Positions 60,676-64,000 of a stretch of 64,000 nucleotides of DNA are shown one piece after another. The first letter of the stretch is position 1. The number at the start of each line of letters is the position of its first letter. The notes under the pieces were generated by a model. That model saw only the letters and a list, made by a program, of their open reading frames with translations. It was not told the origin of the DNA and searched no databases. The position numbers and the translations under genes were made by a program. The DNA comes from Eledone cirrhosa (lineage: Eukaryota). Location of the stretch: NCBI GenBank assembly GCA_964016885.1, contig OZ024742.1:54250001-54314000 (forward strand). The letters run 5' to 3'.

Positions 60676-61560
60676 AATAGAGTTGTGAAGGGAAAAGTAG
60701 AGTGCGCGTATTTTGTTGGTCTGCATTAGCTGTAATAGCATATGTTTCTGACCGAGAGCCATAGGCATCTAGGACTGAAAGTACAAGCGCGTGTGTGATA
60801 AGGGACGGTGAGTTAAAGAAATTGGGGAGAGGGGTTCAGTGTGTGAGGGAAACAGGACCCAAGCTGGTTCAGTCCTGTTGCGCGAGGCCTCTGCTCCGTG
60901 ATGTAAAGGGACACCCAAGACTGAGACATTTAGGGTAGAGTGACATGAGGAACGGACATGACGGGCGACGGGAGTATCCAAACCGAGACGTATGTCCCTC
61001 AAATGTTCAGCAAACTGTCCGCCAAAGGGCTTCCCGTTTGTCCGATGTATAAGGACCCGCAAAGGGAACACCTGAGGGCATAGACAACGTGGGTGGAGGT
61101 GTAAGTGAAGGAGTGACGGATACGGAATAACATGTTGTGGTCTGTGAGAGTGGTGAGGGTGGAAATGAAAGGCCATCTGTTTACAGCGGAGACGAGAACA
61201 AGGATGAGAGCCGGGTTGAGTCGTAGGAGAGGAGGAGAAGGAATGGCGTAGCAGGAGGTCACCGAGGTTACGGGCGCGCTGAAATGTGGTGAGAGGTGGG
61301 TTAGGAAAAAACGAGAAGTGACGGAGTCAGAAGAGAGGGTGCGGAAGGAACGGAGGATATGTCGCCGGAGTGTTAGGGTGATGAGGTTGTAGGTAAGAGG
61401 GAAAGGAAGGCGGATGCTGGGAGGGCGCTGATTGGTGAGGTTAGAGGGTTGTGAGAGCAGCTTAGACCAGGGTGGAGGATATCCACGGCGGATGAAGCGG
61501 GAGGCCATGTGAAGAGAATGGGTTTCGAAATCGTGGTCTTGGCAATTGTGGATCATTCTT
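60178..61560 (-). mobile_element. Neptune-like PLE 3' part (thumb, Cys linker, GIY-YIG, pLTR)
   Basis: MASRFIRRGYP..PLTYN..FTYTSTHVVYALRCSLCGSLYIGQTG; FAEHLRDIR..PVARH; frameshifted. Confidence 0.85.
60251..60291 (-). ncRNA. Minimal type I hammerhead in the Neptune-like pLTR
   Basis: ccgag-CTGAAGA-tcc gcaaaa ggt-GAAA-caattg-TT-ctcgg (palindromic ACAATTGT). Confidence 0.8.
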
Positions 61561-61623
61561 TTTCGTAATGTCCATCCGTCTATCCTCTGTAGTTATGTCG
61601 ACACCCACCGCATGTGATTACGT

Positions 61624-64000
61624 TGTAGTGACCTACATTCCGCGGGCTCACATACATTCTCTGTGCGTGATTTGGCTCAGCTCAGTCAATCAGCGCCAGT
61701 AGAAGAGGATGTATCCCTACGCGTTCTGAGGGAGAAATAGCCCGCAAAGATTTGAGGACGCTATCACTTCCAGCTAGGCCGTGCTCAGGTAAACACCACT
61801 TGTTCTTTTGCTCCGCCAGCACAAACAATATGTAACGACACAACAATTTTACTACGGAATTGGCTAAACGCCTCAGCCAGTCGACCGTATTTTCTCTTGT
61901 AATCTTAATTGATTTGTTTTATTTCTCTTGGCATGCCAGCTCAACCACTGTTAATAAATAATGTAAAACCAAGCTAAAGTCGTTGTCGATATTCCTATCA
62001 TATCTTTCTACCAAACCTGGTTCCTCGTGGCAACATTACAACTTCTAAAATATACCTCCACCGAATTGGTGACAACATCTTACACCAAATTGGTGACCCC
62101 AACGTGATAGTATGAAAACCAGCCTATTTGAATTCGCCATTCGTTTTAATGGCTATGTGGAGTGGCTGAAAATTTGGAATGTTCGAATCGGGTAGCTAGA
62201 CTCACTTAGCGTAAGTCCATAACATTCATAATATTCCATTTGTTGAAGCACGCGGCCTGCACAATATTTCTGTCATAACTTTCATAGTAACACTAGTAAC
62301 TCACGCATACAGACGAACACAAAAATACAACACACAAAAAAAAAGAATTTCTCTGGATATAGAATTTTGCTTTCGACGTTCTGTTGAAATTACAAATGGA
62401 GACTCAGAAATTTTGTTTTCCCGCGTACAGCTTGTCTTCTCCAATCCCAGCCGTCTGATTGGCTGCATCGTGCCACATGACGGCTTCTTCATCACAGACG
62501 CATTTTTCAATCAGCCATCTTGGATTTTCTTACGAAATAATTTTCTTGGAAAATGATTTTTTTTATTATTCAAATTTTCTTTAGAATATTTTAGAAAAAA
62601 AGAAAAAATTAGCAGTATTTCAAAAACTTCTCGCTACGAGACAATTTCAAAACGGCTACCACCAAGTACCAGCCATCAGCAGCAACACATGGCTAATTAT
62701 TAACCAACACCAGGGAACGGCTTGTAACTTTACCGACGCAACCACCATACCTTCTGTCTCGTTACCACAAGGACTCGAGATATTAAGACATTAATTTTCT
62801 CACCATTATGGCGTCAGACGTGGCTGCCATATTTGGTGACTCTGCGTTCTTCAACGCTCGACTTCTACTCTACAGAAGATTCATTGTGACTTTGGTTTAA
62901 CAACAGCAACAACTCTACTAGCTCCCTAGTAAGAGCGTTCCCAAAGAAAAAAGAAGCGAACTTTTTGTTAAAAGAAAAGAAACAATTCTTTCTTTCTTCC
63001 TTTTTGTTTCAGGCATTTATTTTGGACATTTATTTTTTTAAAAACTGTATTATATGAAAATTCATTTCTCTCTATCATTGTATATGTGACCGCACGCACA
63101 CATTTTCTTTGCTGTATTACATGCCTGCATATATACACACAATTACATGTTGTCTATAGTATATATGATCTTCAAGCTTCGTAATATTCTGCGAGATCCC
63201 TTTTCACCTTCTGGAGATACCAAAACATGCTATCGACACTTGCAGCTTAATTCACCTGCACCGCAACACGAGTATGCTAATTGCAGCTGAACTCAAACAG
63301 TTTCGCATCTCGTTGCACACTCATCGTCCATAACAACCTATCTTGTTATCTTACCCAGCTCACCGGGAAAACAACAAATAGAACTGGACTTGTCAGCATT
63401 TTCAACACTTCTGTGGATTCGCCCGAATTATGGAATTTACACTGCAACCCACCTACAGATTAAACTTGCTTTTTTTCTTTTCAAAGCAACCAGCCATTTT
63501 TTCCTGGCTCCCTAGCACATTCGGCAATACATCTGGGAGGCCAACATTTTCTCGCCTACCCATCATCTCCTTGTCAGCACTGGTAAACTACCATAATAGC
63601 TTCGTTCACAGCTACTGGTACAACACTTACCATTAACATTTAATGCAAGAACAGCAACTTCGCCCATGTCAGACTTTATCTGTTTTCTGGTAGACCTTTG
63701 GTGGTCACGTATAAACTACAAAACAGCTAGTCATTTGACAGCGGCTCAACACGGCCCGTCGCGCCTCATTTTTTTCTTGCATGCATCTTTCTGCTCAATT
63801 ATTTTTTCACTGATGTGCTCTTTCAGCATTTGTTCTTGCTGATTCAATAATCTGTGGGTCCTCGGCTTCATCGTTAACGATTTTCGGCTAAATATCTGCT
63901 CGGAGGTGATGTAGTAACCTACATTCCGCAGGCTCACATACATTCTCTGTGCGTGATTTGGCTCAGCTCAGCCAATCAGCGCCAGTAGAAGAGGATGTAT
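61624..64000 (+). mobile_element. Internally deleted Gypsy-type LTR retrotransposon (5' LTR ~61624-62040/62085; 3' LTR from 63910, cut by the window end)
   Basis: Direct repeat TGTAGT.ACCTACATTCCGC.GGCTCACATAC.. at 61624 and 63910; PBS present; ~1.8-kb interior without a pol ORF. Confidence 0.85.
62091..62108 (+). promoter_or_regulatory. Primer-binding site complementary to tRNA-Trp
   Basis: tggtgaccccaacgtgat versus TGGTGACCCCGACGTGAT, the complement of the eukaryotic tRNA-Trp 3' end (1 mismatch). Confidence 0.8.

Overview
AT-rich, microsatellite-saturated eukaryotic (animal) DNA. The tRNA-derived SINE family and repeat landscape suggest a cephalopod (Octopus-like), which is an inference. 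Almost all ORF-track entries are artefacts of (TA)n/(GT)n/(GA)n/(GAT)n repeats or antisense shadows. The real content is: (1) many Penelope-like retroelements (PLEs; RT plus C-terminal GIY-YIG) from at least four lineages, including a young copy with an uninterrupted 592-aa RT-EN ORF (24195-25973, minus) and a 3.2-kb near-perfect palindromic copy (53857-57065); (2) about 11 distinct families (about 25 copies) of type I hammerhead ribozyme motifs, most with a minimal palindromic stem III and two with a compensatory U3:A8 core; (3) several ORF-less, hammerhead-delimited units (about 0.3, 1.3 and 2.6 kb) arranged as tandem plus fold-back copies, almost always bounded by (TA)n, resembling a retrozyme / non-autonomous PLE system; (4) RTE-type LINE fragments (one nested), SINEs, a non-autonomous Helitron, a 48-bp minisatellite and an internally deleted Gypsy-type LTR element with a tRNA-Trp PBS; and (5) one candidate terminal host exon with a hydrophobic C-terminus (10286-10508). 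All motifs were found and folded by eye, and coordinates are approximate to a few bases.
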